DNA of 64,000 nucleotides, from NCBI GenBank assembly GCA_045639085.1, contig JAZUCM010000102.1, positions 3,178 to 67,177 of the forward strand, written 5' to 3'. Shown here in pieces: positions 9,308 to 19,390 of this stretch (position 1 is its first letter; every line of letters starts with the position of its first letter). The notes beneath the pieces are model-generated. The model was not told the origin of the DNA. It ran no database searches and was given only the letters and a program-made list of their open reading frames with translations. Position numbers and translations under genes: made by a program. This stretch comes from Candidatus Gastranaerophilus bacterium. Lineage in GTDB: Bacteria > Cyanobacteriota > Vampirovibrionia > Gastranaerophilales > Gastranaerophilaceae.

Positions 9308-10588
9308 ATGACATTTACAAATATAATTTCGGCAATAGGTAATAACAATAGCATTTATCCTTTATTGGTTCGTGATTGCGGTATAGAGGTTCCGACCAAG
9401 GTCGCATTGACCTATGAGCAAAATAAAAAAGATAAAGATGTCGCAATGTTGGCTACGCGTGAGCGCTTGGTTGACGAGTACGTCGTTTCGGCTGTTTGGT
9501 TGGGCGGAATCCCTTTGTTAGAAAAATTAAATGGCAAATTATTAAAAAAACAAGGCTTTAACCCGGAAATTAGTAGTAAGCTTCTGAAAGAGGAAGGCTG
9601 TCAGGGGCTTGATTTCAATATTAAAAAGTTTCAAAATATTGCCCCGGATGCCGTCAAAGATCTGGAATTCTTGAAAAAAAATCAAGCGAAATATCGAAAA
9701 TTATTGGGTGGTAAAATCCTTTCTGAAACCGCAATTCCTATTGCATTGATGGGGTTTATTATTCCGAAACTCATTTTTGCTTGGACTGCTAATACAAAAA
9801 AACAACTTGCTGAAAAGAAAAAAGCGTCACTAATAAGTGTCAAAAATGATGAAATGTCACCCAAAAGTGACATTTATGCTCCTGGAATGAAAAATATTGA
9901 TGAATATTCAAAAGGTTTAGCATTTAAAGGTAATATAATTTCCGGCCTTGCTCAGATGTCAACTGTTCAAAAAATGGCGGTTACGGACGGCGGGTATGCT
10001 GTCGGCCGCGTTGTGACTGCACGTAAAAAAGATGAAGCTTACGACATTGGGTTTAAAATGACCGGCATGATGTTTTTGAATTTTGTGTTCCCGAAAATGT
10101 TGGCTAATTTTCTGGATAAAACAACGGGTAAAGCAATCGGGACCAATTTAAATTTGGATATAAAAATGTTGGATGATAAGGATTTTGTTGTGGCAATAAA
10201 AGATAAAAAACTTTTTTTACCTGATGCAAAAACTGGTGAGGAATTGCTAAATTTTGTTGACCAAAATCCGAATAATGTTTTTGTAAAATATGCTAATAAA
10301 TACAAAAAGGTTTCCTTGCTTGAAAATGGTATACGTGATCCGCGCAAATATGTTGATTTGAAAGAACTTTGGGCGTTTCGTGACAATATTGCTGAAATTT
10401 CTCAAAGAGCACTTGATTCAGGTAATGTAAATAAATTTATGAAAAAGGCCAAAGGTTTGAAGGCCGCAAATATTCTTGCGAATGTTGGAATAAGTAGTTT
10501 CCTTCTTGCTTTTGTTCTACCCAAAGCTCAATTCGCCTTCCGTAAAAAGGTTTTGGGAATGGAGCTTGAGCCGGGAATTGTTGCGTAA
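9308..10588 (+). CDS. Hypothetical membrane protein (lineage-specific)
   Basis: Start at MTFTNII with GGAGA SD. Hydrophobic segments occur mid-protein (AIPIALMGFIIPKLIFAW) and at the C-terminus (ANVGISSFLLAFVLP). I recognise no domain. Confidence 0.6.
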   Translation: MTFTNIISAIGNNNSIYPLLVRDCGIEVPTKVALTYEQNKKDKDVAMLATRERLVDEYVVSAVWLGGIPLLEKLNGKLLKKQGFNPEISSKLLKEEGCQGLDFNIKKFQNIAPDAVKDLEFLKKNQAKYRKLLGGKILSETAIPIALMGFIIPKLIFAWTANTKKQLAEKKKASLISVKNDEMSPKSDIYAPGMKNIDEYSKGLAFKGNIISGLAQMSTVQKMAVTDGGYAVGRVVTARKKDEAYDIGFKMTGMMFLNFVFPKMLANFLDKTTGKAIGTNLNLDIKMLDDKDFVVAIKDKKLFLPDAKTGEELLNFVDQNPNNVFVKYANKYKKVSLLENGIRDPRKYVDLKELWAFRDNIAEISQRALDSGNVNKFMKKAKGLKAANILANVGISSFLLAFVLPKAQFAFRKKVLGMELEPGIVA

Positions 10589-10749
10589 ACTTAATCCAAC
10601 TGGTATTTATTGTTGGAATTCGGGCATATAATATATATGTGTAAATATTTGCCCTATGTAACGAAATGTAACAAAAAGCTCTCTTGTTGAAATTGTCGAA
10701 AATAAAAATACTTTATTTATTTGTACAGTAAAAACGAGAGAGAGTAATC

Positions 10750-12633
10750 ATGGGTGATGGCGTAACAACCGGTTCATTATTGAACACTCGCGTATATCGG
10801 CGCGAGGTGAATAAAGGCGCATCCTCTTCTAACAAAAGTGGAGGTGTGAAAACTTCTGCGCTGTTACAAACCCATGTTACGCTTGCAAACAGGCATCGTC
10901 CGTCCAGTGGCGTTTCTTATACAGCGTTGAGTAATCAAATTAACGGGCGTAAAGAGATAATATATGTCGGTGGTGGAACTCAATGTTGCGGTAAAGCTGG
11001 CGGCATGTCGACGATGGATAAAATTGCAGCATTTAATGCGATTGCAATGCAAGGGTTGCAATTGACCCAGGGTATTGCCGGAATGTTTAAGAAAGACGGC
11101 GCCAACGCGCCAACTGGTGTGAAAAATACCGGCGGCAGCGATCTTGAAAAATTAAATAGCAAACAAAGCCGTGTTCAAACATTTGGTCAGGATAATTATT
11201 CAATTGGTTCACAAGGTTTGGCTACGACTATTTCATTGATGGACGTTGATTACAAAGACGCGGCTTCAGATTTTATCAGTAAAATGAATAAAGCTGATAC
11301 TTCACAAGATTTGTATCAAGCACTACAAGGTGCCAAGGCTTATAAGGCTCAATTAGACAATCGTATTACGAACATGGGTAGCCAGGTTGGAAAGTGGCAG
11401 GATGAACTTGGTGCATTGAAAGGTGAAGCTGAGGGTTCTGTGTCAAAGGCTGAAGCTGATGTAAAATCTAAGCGCGGTGTCGCCAAAGATGCAAGTGAAT
11501 CAATAAAACAAGGTGAACGTCAAGTTGAAACGGCAAGAACCAGTTATGCTTCAGCTAAAGAGGCTGTTGCGCTTAAAGACGAAAAGTTTAAAAATGCGTC
11601 TGAAGAGGAGACAAAGCTCACGAAAGATTATGATGAGGCTTGTAAAAAGACTGCAGAAGCTCGAAAAGGAGTCAGTACTTCAAGAACGGCTCTGGCTAAT
11701 ACTAATACGGCTTTAGCAAATGCGAAAGTTAATACTCAACAGGCTAGGGCGAATTTAGCTGCACTAGAAGCTCAACGTGGAGCAGCCGATGCGGCAGGGG
11801 CTGCTGCTCTTGAAGCTCAAATTTGGCAGGCACGAGCTGCCGTTCAGAAAGCTGAAGCTGCGGAAGCTGAAGCTACAAAAACGCAAAAAGAGGCTGAAGC
11901 TGCATTATCGAATGCGGAAAATCAAGAAGGCCTTGCTGTTAAATCTGAACAAGGTGTAAAAGCTAATTTGACTACTCAGCGGAATAGCTTGAAAGCGATG
12001 GCAAAAGATTTGGTTGATGCTAAAAAAATTACTCAAGAGCAAGCAGATTTGTTGAGTAATCGGACATCATCACTAGAAAAAGCTGAAGAAACATTGACTA
12101 ATGCTGAAACGGCGTTTGATAAAGCGAATGATGATTTACAAGGCGCAGAAGAAAAATTAGCTAAATTGGAAGCGAAAAAAGATGAACTCGAAATGAAACT
12201 GAGCGATTTTGATGAAATGAAAAAAGGCGCTGAAAAGTTAAGTGATTTAAGTTCTTTTGAAACGAAATTGGATAAAATGATGAAAAAAGAAAGTCTAAAA
12301 GAAGCTGATTTATTAAAGAAATTAAATGATGAAAATTCTGTTTCAAATGATGAGAGTATGTCAGCAAAACAAAAAGCAAAAGCTGAAAAACAAGAGGCCA
12401 AGTATACTAAACGACTGACGGAATTATACGAGGGCAGTGCTCTTGATGATATTGCCCGTGATACTGCATCGCGTGAAGGAAATATACAAATGTCATTAAA
12501 TGCCTTGTCACATCCTGGCCAATCTGCAACTATTAATGGAAAGAATGTTTCGCTCGGATTTACGTCTGGTGAATATTTAATCGACGGTAAGACAATGTCA
12601 AAAGAGCAAGCATTAGAATATTTGAAAGCATAA
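10750..12633 (+). CDS. Large coiled-coil protein (Ala/Glu/Lys-rich), unknown function
   Basis: 627-aa ORF with GAGAGAG SD. The N-terminal ~150 aa are Gly/Ser-rich. The remainder is long heptad-like A/E/K/Q sequence (AEAAEAEATKTQKEAEAAL...). Confidence 0.65.
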   Translation: MGDGVTTGSLLNTRVYRREVNKGASSSNKSGGVKTSALLQTHVTLANRHRPSSGVSYTALSNQINGRKEIIYVGGGTQCCGKAGGMSTMDKIAAFNAIAMQGLQLTQGIAGMFKKDGANAPTGVKNTGGSDLEKLNSKQSRVQTFGQDNYSIGSQGLATTISLMDVDYKDAASDFISKMNKADTSQDLYQALQGAKAYKAQLDNRITNMGSQVGKWQDELGALKGEAEGSVSKAEADVKSKRGVAKDASESIKQGERQVETARTSYASAKEAVALKDEKFKNASEEETKLTKDYDEACKKTAEARKGVSTSRTALANTNTALANAKVNTQQARANLAALEAQRGAADAAGAAALEAQIWQARAAVQKAEAAEAEATKTQKEAEAALSNAENQEGLAVKSEQGVKANLTTQRNSLKAMAKDLVDAKKITQEQADLLSNRTSSLEKAEETLTNAETAFDKANDDLQGAEEKLAKLEAKKDELEMKLSDFDEMKKGAEKLSDLSSFETKLDKMMKKESLKEADLLKKLNDENSVSNDESMSAKQKAKAEKQEAKYTKRLTELYEGSALDDIARDTASREGNIQMSLNALSHPGQSATINGKNVSLGFTSGEYLIDGKTMSKEQALEYLKA

Positions 12634-12638
12634 AATAA

Positions 12639-12663
12639 CATCGCCGGATTTATTCCGGCGATG
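12639..12663. terminator. Bidirectional terminator hairpin between the coiled-coil gene and ileS
   Basis: catcgccgga tttat tccggcgatg is a perfect 10-bp GC-rich stem lying between convergent stop codons. Confidence 0.75.
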
Positions 12664-12667
12664 ATTA

Positions 12668-15493
12668 CTAATTAATCCTTATTCCATTAACTGCGTCGCG
12701 GCATTCATCGCAGATTCCGTCTGAACCCAGAGGGCGGAATTTCCAGCAGCGGTCGCATTTCTTACCTTCTGCGGCCGTTACCCAAACTGTCAAGCCGTCT
12801 TCGGTGTGTTCGTTTAGAAACTCTGCCGGGGCAATTTCGCTCACGTGTGCTTGGGATGTGATGAAAATGTTGCACAATTCGGTTTCGTTTGTTTTTAACA
12901 CGTTATTGTCTTCCGCTTTTAGCCAAACTGCAACTTCCAATGAGCTTCCGACTTTTTTGTCTGCACGAAGCGGTTCGATTGCGCGGGTTACGACTTCGCG
13001 TGCTTTTAAGATTTGAGTGAAGTCTTCTTCCAGTTGAGTGTTTGTCCATTTCGGATTAACTTCAACCCAGTTTGCAAGCAAGATACTTTCAAGTTCACCT
13101 TTTTGTGCCTCTGGGACGCTGAACCACATGTCTTCCGCTTGGTGTGGCATAACCGGGGTGAGCATTCTGATTAGGCATTGAGAGATTTCAAAGAGAACTG
13201 TTTGGCAGGCACGGCGTGAAAGCGATTTTTTGCCTGCGGTGTAGAGTCTGTCTTTTACTATATCAAGGTAAAATGAGCTCAAATCCACTGCCGCAAAGTT
13301 TTGAAGGGTTTGGAAATATTTGTAAAATTCGTAATTTTCAAAACTTTCTGTAACGTCAGCGATGACTTTGTTAAGTTTGTGGAGTGCAAATTTGTCGATA
13401 TTTTTAAGGTTTTCGTATTCGACGTAATCTACAGCCGGATCAAAATCGTAGATGTTTCCAAGTAAAAATCTCACGGTGTTGCGAGTTTTCTTGAAAATTT
13501 CGACGAGTTGTTTGATTATGTTGTCGCCGATTTTGGTGTCGTTTCTGTAGTCAACAGAAGCGGCCCAAAGTCTTAGGATATCTGCACCGTAGACGCTGAT
13601 TACTTCTTGTGGAGTTACTACGTTTCCGATTGATTTGGACATTTTTTTGCCTTCGCCGTCCATAACGAAACCGTGGGTTAAAACGGATTTGTATGGCGAG
13701 ATTCCTTGGGTCGCGATGGATGTTAAAAGTGATGATTGGAACCAGCCTCTGTGTTGATCTGAGCCTTCCAGGTACATATCAACAGGTGTGTGACCGAGTT
13801 GTTCAGCGCGTTTTTCGACGACTGCTCTCCAGGTGATACCGGAATCAAACCAAACGTCCATAATGTCGCTTTCTTTTGTGATGTGAACGCTGCCGCATTT
13901 AGGGCATTTAAAGCCTTGTGGTAAGAGTTCTGCGGTTGAACGTTTCACCCAAGCGTCTGAAGATTCTTTTTCGAATATTTTTGCGACGTTTTCGATAGTT
14001 TCGTCTGTAACGATAGATTCGCCGCAGTCTTCGCAGTAGAAAACAGGGATTGGGACGCCCCATGCGCGTTGGCGGGAAATACACCAATCAGAACGATTTT
14101 CAACCATGTTTGAGATACGGGATTCGCCACTTGCCGGAATCCATTTTACTCCTTTTATGGCATCCAACGTTGCGTCTCTGAATTTATCAACTTTAACAAA
14201 CCATTGAGGTGTTGCGCGATAAATTACAGGTTTTTTACATCTCCAGCAGTGCGGGTAGCTGTGTTGAATGTCTTGTTGTGCAAGAAGAGCCCCGCAGGCA
14301 GCGAGTTTTTCTATTACGATAGCGTTGCCTTTGTAATATGGAACGCCGATTAAGTCTTCATCTTGAACGCTTTCTGTCCAAACTCCTTTGCTATCAAGAG
14401 GTGAAAATACTTCGATACCGTATTTGCATCCAACTTCGTAGTCTTCTAAACCGTGGCCAGGAGCTGTGTGAACAGAACCCGTACCGGCATCAAGAGTTAC
14501 GTGTTCCCCTAAAATAATAGGTGATTTTCTGTCAACGAGCGGGTGCTTTGTGTTCAAAAGTTCTAACTCTGTGCCTGTGCAAGAACCGATTACGTTGATG
14601 TCGGACTCTTCCCACTCAACGTCTTTCAAGAATGCGCCCAGTAATCCTTGCGCAATAACGTAAACTTCGCCTTTGTGTTCAAAGAATGTGTATTCAAACC
14701 TTGGGTGCATACTGATTGCCATATTTGACGGGATTGTCCAAGGTGTTGTCGTCCAGATTACGGCGTAAATGGAATTGTTTTTTGTGCCGATAAGTTTTTG
14801 GATTTTTTCAGTTGCATCGTTGTCAAATTTAAATCTTACATAAATTGACGTTGATGTATGATCTGCGTATTCAACTTCAGCTTCAGCAAGAGCGGTTTCG
14901 CAAGATGCGCACCAATAGACTGGTTTTAGGCCTTTTTCAACGTAACCTTTTTTAAACATTTCGCCGAAAACTCTGATTTGTTCAGCTTCGAATTCAGGGT
15001 TAATTGTTAAATAAGGATGTTCCCAATCGCCCCAAACACCAAGTCTTTTGAACTCTTTTTCCTGGCCTTTAAGGTTTTTGTGTGCAAATTCTCTGCATTT
15101 TTCGCGTAGTTCTGCGGGAGTAAGGGCTTCACGGCCGCCTTTGATGTTTTTTACTACGGCGTTTTCAATTGGCAATCCGTGTGCATCGTAGCCCGGAACG
15201 TATGGTGCGTAAAATCCGTTCATTGATTTGTAACGAATTAAAATATCTTTGAGAATTTTGTTTAAAGCGTGGCCGATGTGAATTTTATCGGAGCTTAAAT
15301 ATGGCGGCCCGTCGTGTAAAATAAACGAATTCGTTTTGTCGCGGTTGGCCAAATTTTTCTCGTAAATGTTGTTTTCTTCCCAGAAATTTTGGATTTCTAC
15401 TTCTCTTACTGCGGCATTAGCGCGCATTGCCAGAGTTGTTTGTGGAAGGTTTAATGATTCTTTGTAATCTGTTTTTGTTGCTTCGTTACTCAT
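12668..15493 (-). CDS. ileS: Isoleucine--tRNA ligase
   Basis: 941 aa. HIGH-type motif (HIGHALNK), KMSKS motif, and a C-terminal Cys-cluster zinc finger (CDRCWKF...CDEC). Confidence 0.95.
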   Translation of the reverse strand: MSNEATKTDYKESLNLPQTTLAMRANAAVREVEIQNFWEENNIYEKNLANRDKTNSFILHDGPPYLSSDKIHIGHALNKILKDILIRYKSMNGFYAPYVPGYDAHGLPIENAVVKNIKGGREALTPAELREKCREFAHKNLKGQEKEFKRLGVWGDWEHPYLTINPEFEAEQIRVFGEMFKKGYVEKGLKPVYWCASCETALAEAEVEYADHTSTSIYVRFKFDNDATEKIQKLIGTKNNSIYAVIWTTTPWTIPSNMAISMHPRFEYTFFEHKGEVYVIAQGLLGAFLKDVEWEESDINVIGSCTGTELELLNTKHPLVDRKSPIILGEHVTLDAGTGSVHTAPGHGLEDYEVGCKYGIEVFSPLDSKGVWTESVQDEDLIGVPYYKGNAIVIEKLAACGALLAQQDIQHSYPHCWRCKKPVIYRATPQWFVKVDKFRDATLDAIKGVKWIPASGESRISNMVENRSDWCISRQRAWGVPIPVFYCEDCGESIVTDETIENVAKIFEKESSDAWVKRSTAELLPQGFKCPKCGSVHITKESDIMDVWFDSGITWRAVVEKRAEQLGHTPVDMYLEGSDQHRGWFQSSLLTSIATQGISPYKSVLTHGFVMDGEGKKMSKSIGNVVTPQEVISVYGADILRLWAASVDYRNDTKIGDNIIKQLVEIFKKTRNTVRFLLGNIYDFDPAVDYVEYENLKNIDKFALHKLNKVIADVTESFENYEFYKYFQTLQNFAAVDLSSFYLDIVKDRLYTAGKKSLSRRACQTVLFEISQCLIRMLTPVMPHQAEDMWFSVPEAQKGELESILLANWVEVNPKWTNTQLEEDFTQILKAREVVTRAIEPLRADKKVGSSLEVAVWLKAEDNNVLKTNETELCNIFITSQAHVSEIAPAEFLNEHTEDGLTVWVTAAEGKKCDRCWKFRPLGSDGICDECRDAVNGIRIN

Positions 15494-15503
15494 ATTATTC
15501 CCT

Positions 15504-16754
15504 CTATTCGTTATTTTGTTGTTCTATATAATTATTCATTTTATCATAATCAAACTGATTTTCCCAGCGTGCAATTACGACGGTTGCAATGCAGTTTCCT
15601 ATAAGGTTTACGGTTGTTCTTCCCATATCGAGAATTTGGTCTATGCCAAGAAGGATTGCTACGCCTAAAATTGGAATGTTAAAGCTTGCCAGTGTTCCGG
15701 CGAGAACGATTAAGGATACCCGTGGAACGCCTGCGACGCCTTTGCTCGTAAGCATTAGGGCCAGCATTATTATGATTTGTTGTTCAATTGATAAATTTAT
15801 CCCGGCGATTTGCGCAGAAAATAAAACTCCGACCGCCAGATACAGTGTGCTGCCATCAAGGTTAAAAGTGTAGCCGGTAGGCATTACAAATCCGACGATG
15901 TTTTTAGGTACACCAAAGTTTTCCATTATTTCGATGGCTTTTGGAAACGCAGCTTCGGAACTCGCGGTTGAAAACGCCAGTAATGCGGGTTCTTCCAACG
16001 CTCTAATGAGCGCCCTGAAAGATATTTTTGCTATTTTGCAAGCGATAATCAAAACTAAAATTACAAAAATTGCAAGTGCTGCGTAAAGTGTTAAAATTAC
16101 TTTTAAATAGCCGCCCAGAACTTTTATTCCGCTTGTGCCGATTGTGTAGGAAATTGCGCCAAAGATACCTATTGGGGCAAAATACATTACGTATTCGGTG
16201 AATTTAAACATTATTTTACTCAATGATTTAAGCACGTCTAAAACAGGTTCTGCGGCTTTTCCGACGGTACAAATTGCGAGTGCAAAAATTATTGAAAATA
16301 CTACAATTTGTAATAAATTTCCCGTTGCCATAGCGTCAACAATACTTGTAGGGAAAATATTTATTACCATATCGTGAATTGATGTATGTGCGTCAGTTGA
16401 GGCCATTATTCCGGCAGTTTTTAAGTTTGAGAGAGTTGTGCCGTGTGAGAACCCGACGCCAGGTTGGAACAAATTCCCTGCGATTAATCCTATAAAAAGT
16501 GCCAGCGTTGTCACTATTTCAAAGTAAATGAGAGTTTTAATCCCGATTTTGCCAAGTTGTTTAACGCTTCCGTGCCCGGCTATTCCGACCACTAAAGTGG
16601 CAAAAAGTAGTGGTGCAATAATCATTTTAACCATTCTTAGGAAAATCGTTGCGAACGGTTGCATTTTTACGGCCCATTCGGGCGCAATACATCCAAAAAC
16701 GATACCTAAAATAAGGGCTAAAAATATTAAAAAAGTTAATTTGCTATGTTTCAA
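15504..16754 (-). CDS. Dicarboxylate/amino acid:cation symporter (DAACS, GltP/DctA-like)
   Basis: 416-aa polytopic protein with family-typical blocks (SSEAAFP, NLDGSTLY, DMGRTTVNLIGN). It ends 10 nt upstream of ileS, so the two are probably co-transcribed. Confidence 0.85.
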   Translation of the reverse strand: MKHSKLTFLIFLALILGIVFGCIAPEWAVKMQPFATIFLRMVKMIIAPLLFATLVVGIAGHGSVKQLGKIGIKTLIYFEIVTTLALFIGLIAGNLFQPGVGFSHGTTLSNLKTAGIMASTDAHTSIHDMVINIFPTSIVDAMATGNLLQIVVFSIIFALAICTVGKAAEPVLDVLKSLSKIMFKFTEYVMYFAPIGIFGAISYTIGTSGIKVLGGYLKVILTLYAALAIFVILVLIIACKIAKISFRALIRALEEPALLAFSTASSEAAFPKAIEIMENFGVPKNIVGFVMPTGYTFNLDGSTLYLAVGVLFSAQIAGINLSIEQQIIIMLALMLTSKGVAGVPRVSLIVLAGTLASFNIPILGVAILLGIDQILDMGRTTVNLIGNCIATVVIARWENQFDYDKMNNYIEQQNNE

Positions 16755-16930
16755 TCTAAGGGCACCTCTCTTTGATTATATTATAAACATGCGCTTTGGC
16801 AAGTGTTACGCTGGCCTGTTCTTGCATTCGTGTCTGGCTGAGTGTGATTTTAATGTTTGATTTATGTTAATATTGTGAATTAAACATTTGGGTAATGTTT
16901 TTTATTTTGGGGTTTTGTATATTCTGAGAT

Positions 16931-17332
16931 ATGATACCTGATGATTTTTATGATAAATTAAATAAACCCGGAATTACGCCGTCAAAACAGGTTTTTCGTG
17001 GCGCGTGGAGTATTCTTTATGCACTGTTGGCTGTTTCTTTTGTGTTGGTGTTGTTGTCGCCTAACACTTTTAATAAAATGATGGCGATTTTTCTGTTCTT
17101 GGTTCAGTTGATTTTGAACTTCAATTGGGGATGCGTGTTTTTCGTTGAGCGAAAAATTAAAGAGGCGTTCTTTATTTGTCTGACGCTTTTGGTTTTGGTC
17201 GTTGCGATGACGGTGTTGTTTTTTAAACAATCAATATGGGCGGGAATTTTACAAATACCTTATTGTATTTGGTTAATCCTCGCCACATATTTGAATTATT
17301 TTATTATGAAAGAAAATCCAACAATACGCTGA
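16931..17332 (+). CDS. TspO/MBR-like membrane protein, apparently lacking the first TM helix
   Basis: FYDKLNKPGITPSKQVFRGAWSILYALLAV matches the conserved TspO WYxxLxKPxwxPPxxxFxxxWxxLY block. The protein is only 133 aa, and an in-frame stop 6 nt upstream precludes extension. Confidence 0.5.
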   Translation: MIPDDFYDKLNKPGITPSKQVFRGAWSILYALLAVSFVLVLLSPNTFNKMMAIFLFLVQLILNFNWGCVFFVERKIKEAFFICLTLLVLVVAMTVLFFKQSIWAGILQIPYCIWLILATYLNYFIMKENPTIR

Positions 17333-17351
17333 ATAAAACGCGCCAACTGAA

Positions 17352-17990
17352 TTAAAGTTTTTCGTAGAAAATTACTTCTTGGGCTTCTTTGCGGATTTTC
17401 TTTGTTTCGTGTGGTGTTTTTTCGTAGCCTAAAGTTAGGACAGTTAAAAGAATTTGTTTGTCGTTTAGATTTAGGCGTTCTTTGAGTTCTTTTATTACGT
17501 TTTCGTCGCCTTTAGTCATTTCGTTGGCGAGCGCTCCGATGATGCAACAACCGACGCCGGATTTTTCGGCTTGGAGTGTCATATAAGCGACAGCGTAGGT
17601 TAATTGTTCGATTGTGCGTGAAAGGGTTTCGACCTGACCGATTAAAGACGGATTAAGGGTAGGGTTGCTTAAATATGCCTCTTGGACCATTTGGTTGACG
17701 CCGGCTTTTTTCAATACTGCTGCAAAATTTTTCTTTTCCCAGGCTTGTGTGTCTGCAACGCAACCGATTACAACTTGCGCGCCAAGAATTTGTTTTTGTC
17801 CGCCAGAGGCCTTAAACAGTAACTCTTTTGTTTTTTCGTCTTTTATTACGATGAACTTCCAAGGTTGAACGTTTACCCAAGAGGGTGCAAGACGACCGGC
17901 TTCAAGGATTTCGTTTAATGTTTCTTCCGAAATTGGTTTTTCGCTGTAACTTCTGACGCTTTTTCTCGTTTTGATTTCTTCCAGTAGCAT
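17352..17990 (-). CDS. Nitroreductase family protein
   Basis: The N-terminus RKSVRSYSEKPISEETLNEILEAGRLAPSWVNVQPWKFIVI is the classic nitroreductase signature. Confidence 0.8.
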   Translation of the reverse strand: MLLEEIKTRKSVRSYSEKPISEETLNEILEAGRLAPSWVNVQPWKFIVIKDEKTKELLFKASGGQKQILGAQVVIGCVADTQAWEKKNFAAVLKKAGVNQMVQEAYLSNPTLNPSLIGQVETLSRTIEQLTYAVAYMTLQAEKSGVGCCIIGALANEMTKGDENVIKELKERLNLNDKQILLTVLTLGYEKTPHETKKIRKEAQEVIFYEKL

Positions 17991-18002
17991 AATTTTAACT
18001 CC

Positions 18003-19358
18003 TTATTCTTCTGCAACAATTATTGTAAAATCTGTACCCGCACAGTATAAATTTATTGGGTCGTAAACAAATTGAATTTTGTTTATATTTTCAGTTTTTT
18101 CGTTTAGACTGTTAAAATAATCGTTGGTAATTCTTTTTGAATGAGCGATGAATTGAGAGTGCGAGCGATTTACGACGTCAACACATTTTATCTCGATGTT
18201 GGAGGTTTTAAGTTCGTTTATTAATTCTGTCGCTCTCGCTTTTTTGTCTTTTGCATACATTATGTTCGCCACGATTGGTGGTTCGTGTTCGCTGATTTTA
18301 AATTTATCTCTGTAAATTAACCTGTCAATAACTTCTTGAGTTTTTTCGGGGTCTAAAATCCAGTAACTAATGTAACCGCGTTGATTTGGTTGTCCCGGTA
18401 GGGTCGCGATTTCTGTTTTTGAAAGATCCATTTGGCGGATAAAATCTACGTATTGAGTCATTTCGGCGACACTAATATCCGTTTTTATGTATTCACGCGC
18501 GATTGAGATAAGTTCAGGGATTTTGGGTAGCGTTTTAGGATCTTGCAGGGTTTTTACCAGCGCTCTAACAAACCACTGTTGACGTTGAGTTCTGCCGATA
18601 TCGCCCATCTGATCATGCCGGAAGCGCAGGTATTCAATAGCTTTTTGCCCGCTGAGTTTTTGCATACCTTTGTCGAAATTAATTGTTAAATGGGCTGTTC
18701 TGTCCCGGTAGTGCATAGGTTTTTCGATGTACACATCAACGCCGCCAAGAGCATCTACAAGCGCTTTTACAATTCCTTCGTGCACCAAAACGTATTTATG
18801 GACTTTTATTCCTAATGTTTTTTCTATGGTTTTTTTTGTCATTTCTACGCCCCCGATGGCGTGAGCTGAATTTATTTTATTAATCCCTTTGTTGCCCGCA
18901 AGGAAAACCTTGCTGTCGCGAGGAATAGAAATTGCGTTTACGGACTTTGTTTTCGGGTCGAAGTTTGCCAGAATTATTGTGTCGGTTCTGGTGCCGGCCC
19001 ACATGTCCTTGACTTCCGGGTTATCGTCTACCCCTAAAATCAGGACATTATGGCGCTTTAGTCCAAATGGCGCCGGAAAACTCGCCCTTTGTTTTTCTTC
19101 GTTAGAAAACATTGTACTGAAGGCTGTTTTTAGCTTTGAATCTTCTCCGAAAATTCGGGCGAAAAAGCTTTCAGTGTCAAATGAAATCAAGGTTCCTAAA
19201 AGAACGACAAAAAATATTAAAACGGAAATTATAACGACGCGTTTCAGCCGGTAAGCTTCATTTTCTTCTTGTTCGCGGTGGTAAATTTCTTCGTTTAAAA
19301 AAGTTCTGCTATAGTCGACTTTGTATATTTTATTAGAATTTTCGCTATTATTTTTCAT
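18003..19358 (-). CDS. LytR-CpsA-Psr (LCP) family protein
   Basis: N-terminal TM helix followed by the LCP core (ILGVDD...RTDTIILANFDP...ISIPRDS...INSAHAIGG). Confidence 0.8.
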   Translation of the reverse strand: MKNNSENSNKIYKVDYSRTFLNEEIYHREQEENEAYRLKRVVIISVLIFFVVLLGTLISFDTESFFARIFGEDSKLKTAFSTMFSNEEKQRASFPAPFGLKRHNVLILGVDDNPEVKDMWAGTRTDTIILANFDPKTKSVNAISIPRDSKVFLAGNKGINKINSAHAIGGVEMTKKTIEKTLGIKVHKYVLVHEGIVKALVDALGGVDVYIEKPMHYRDRTAHLTINFDKGMQKLSGQKAIEYLRFRHDQMGDIGRTQRQQWFVRALVKTLQDPKTLPKIPELISIAREYIKTDISVAEMTQYVDFIRQMDLSKTEIATLPGQPNQRGYISYWILDPEKTQEVIDRLIYRDKFKISEHEPPIVANIMYAKDKKARATELINELKTSNIEIKCVDVVNRSHSQFIAHSKRITNDYFNSLNEKTENINKIQFVYDPINLYCAGTDFTIIVAEE

Positions 19359-19390
19359 TAATATAAAACCCTGTGACTTCTTCTTGATAG

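Noticed and set aside
12033-12641. 202-aa minus-strand ORF antisense to the coiled-coil gene
   Set aside because: It is Ser/Phe/Ala-rich low-complexity sequence. This is the mirror image of GAA/GCT/AAA-rich codons on the sense strand. It has no SD and lies entirely inside a better ORF.
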